Position numbers and translations under genes: made by a program. From Octopus sinensis (lineage: Eukaryota), in NCBI RefSeq assembly GCF_006345805.1, contig NC_043002.1, positions 26,722,001 to 26,786,000 of the forward strand: a stretch of 64,000 nt of DNA, in the 5' to 3' direction. This document shows, in pieces, positions 63,293-64,000 of the stretch (within the stretch, counting starts at the first letter, position 1; each line of letters begins with the position of its first letter). The notes below the pieces were generated by a model. That model saw only the letters and a list, made by a program, of their open reading frames with translations, was not told where the DNA came from and did not search any database.

Positions 63293-63660
63293 ATGCACAT
63301 GTATGTAAGCATATAGAAATAAAAGTAAACAGATCAAGATGCAGACGGATAGGAACAAAGGTTATATGAACAGACAAGCACATATACGCACACATACGCA
63401 CATATACGCAAATGAAGACTGAAACACATGACCATATATACACACACACACTGTATTTCACACAAGGACATATATGGAGATACACATCCATACACACAAA
63501 CACAGTACATAGTTGCAAATCACACACACAAACACACACACTCAGACATGCACACACAAGGAGACAGAGGTACACACACATACATAAAAACACACAAACA
63601 ACATGTATATTCAGAATACATACATACAAATGTACACACATACATACATAAATACATACA
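62965..63660. repeat. Degenerate (CA)/(TG)/(TA) low-complexity tracts
   Basis: Seen directly; source of several spurious ORFs. Confidence 0.8.
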
Positions 63661-63679
63661 TAGGTACATGCATGTATAG

Positions 63680-64000
63680 GTTGATGAGGTGGCTGCTGAA
63701 TTCTTTCAGATTTTCATGTGATTTTGTCCAAATTAGGAAACAATTATCTAGGTATCTTTTCCATGTGACCTCTACATGTCTTCTAAAGGCCATGCCGTAG
63801 TTTTCTTCAACTTCTTGATATAGGCTCTGTTCCAAGTGTCCCAATACTGAGTTCGCGAAAACTGGAGCAAATCGCCTTCCCAATAGCTGTGCCTCGAATT
63901 AGGAGGTAGTTTTTTTTTTTCTGTTGAAAAGGAATGTATTGTTTTCGAGGATGAGGCTGACCGCGTCTAGTATGAAGATTACAGTAAATCTACTCGGGAT
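63680..64000 (-). mobile_element. Penelope-like RT fragment, runs off the window edge
   Basis: YLLIRGTAIG.RFAPVFANSVLGHLE...WKRYLDNCFLIW (GTAMG and RYxDD motifs). Confidence 0.8.

Overview
AT-rich, repeat-dense eukaryotic DNA. The tRNA-derived SINE families and the microsatellite load point to an octopus (coleoid cephalopod) genome; this is inference from recalled SINE consensus sequences. Most ORFs in the supplied track are microsatellite or TE artefacts. The real host signal appears to be the 3' half of a multi-exon minus-strand gene. It has phase-compatible candidate exons from about 40.9 kb down to a stop at 7285, and its peptides match my recollection of vertebrate FANCA in colinear motifs (tentative, needs a search). 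Its introns and the upstream region hold a wide range of TEs: a TIR/TSD-bounded mariner (42411-43658), a bounded Chapaev3-type element (54780-56898), R4/Dong-type LINEs at (TAA)n tracts, Penelope-like fragments, RTE and Tx1/L1 fragments, non-autonomous Helitrons, an ~800 bp foldback element carrying TTAGGG repeats, MITEs and three SINE families. The most unusual signal is a set of short, microsatellite-embedded elements with minimal hammerhead-ribozyme-like cores, one with a CUGUCGA variant core. No CRISPR array, rRNA or true tRNA gene was found.
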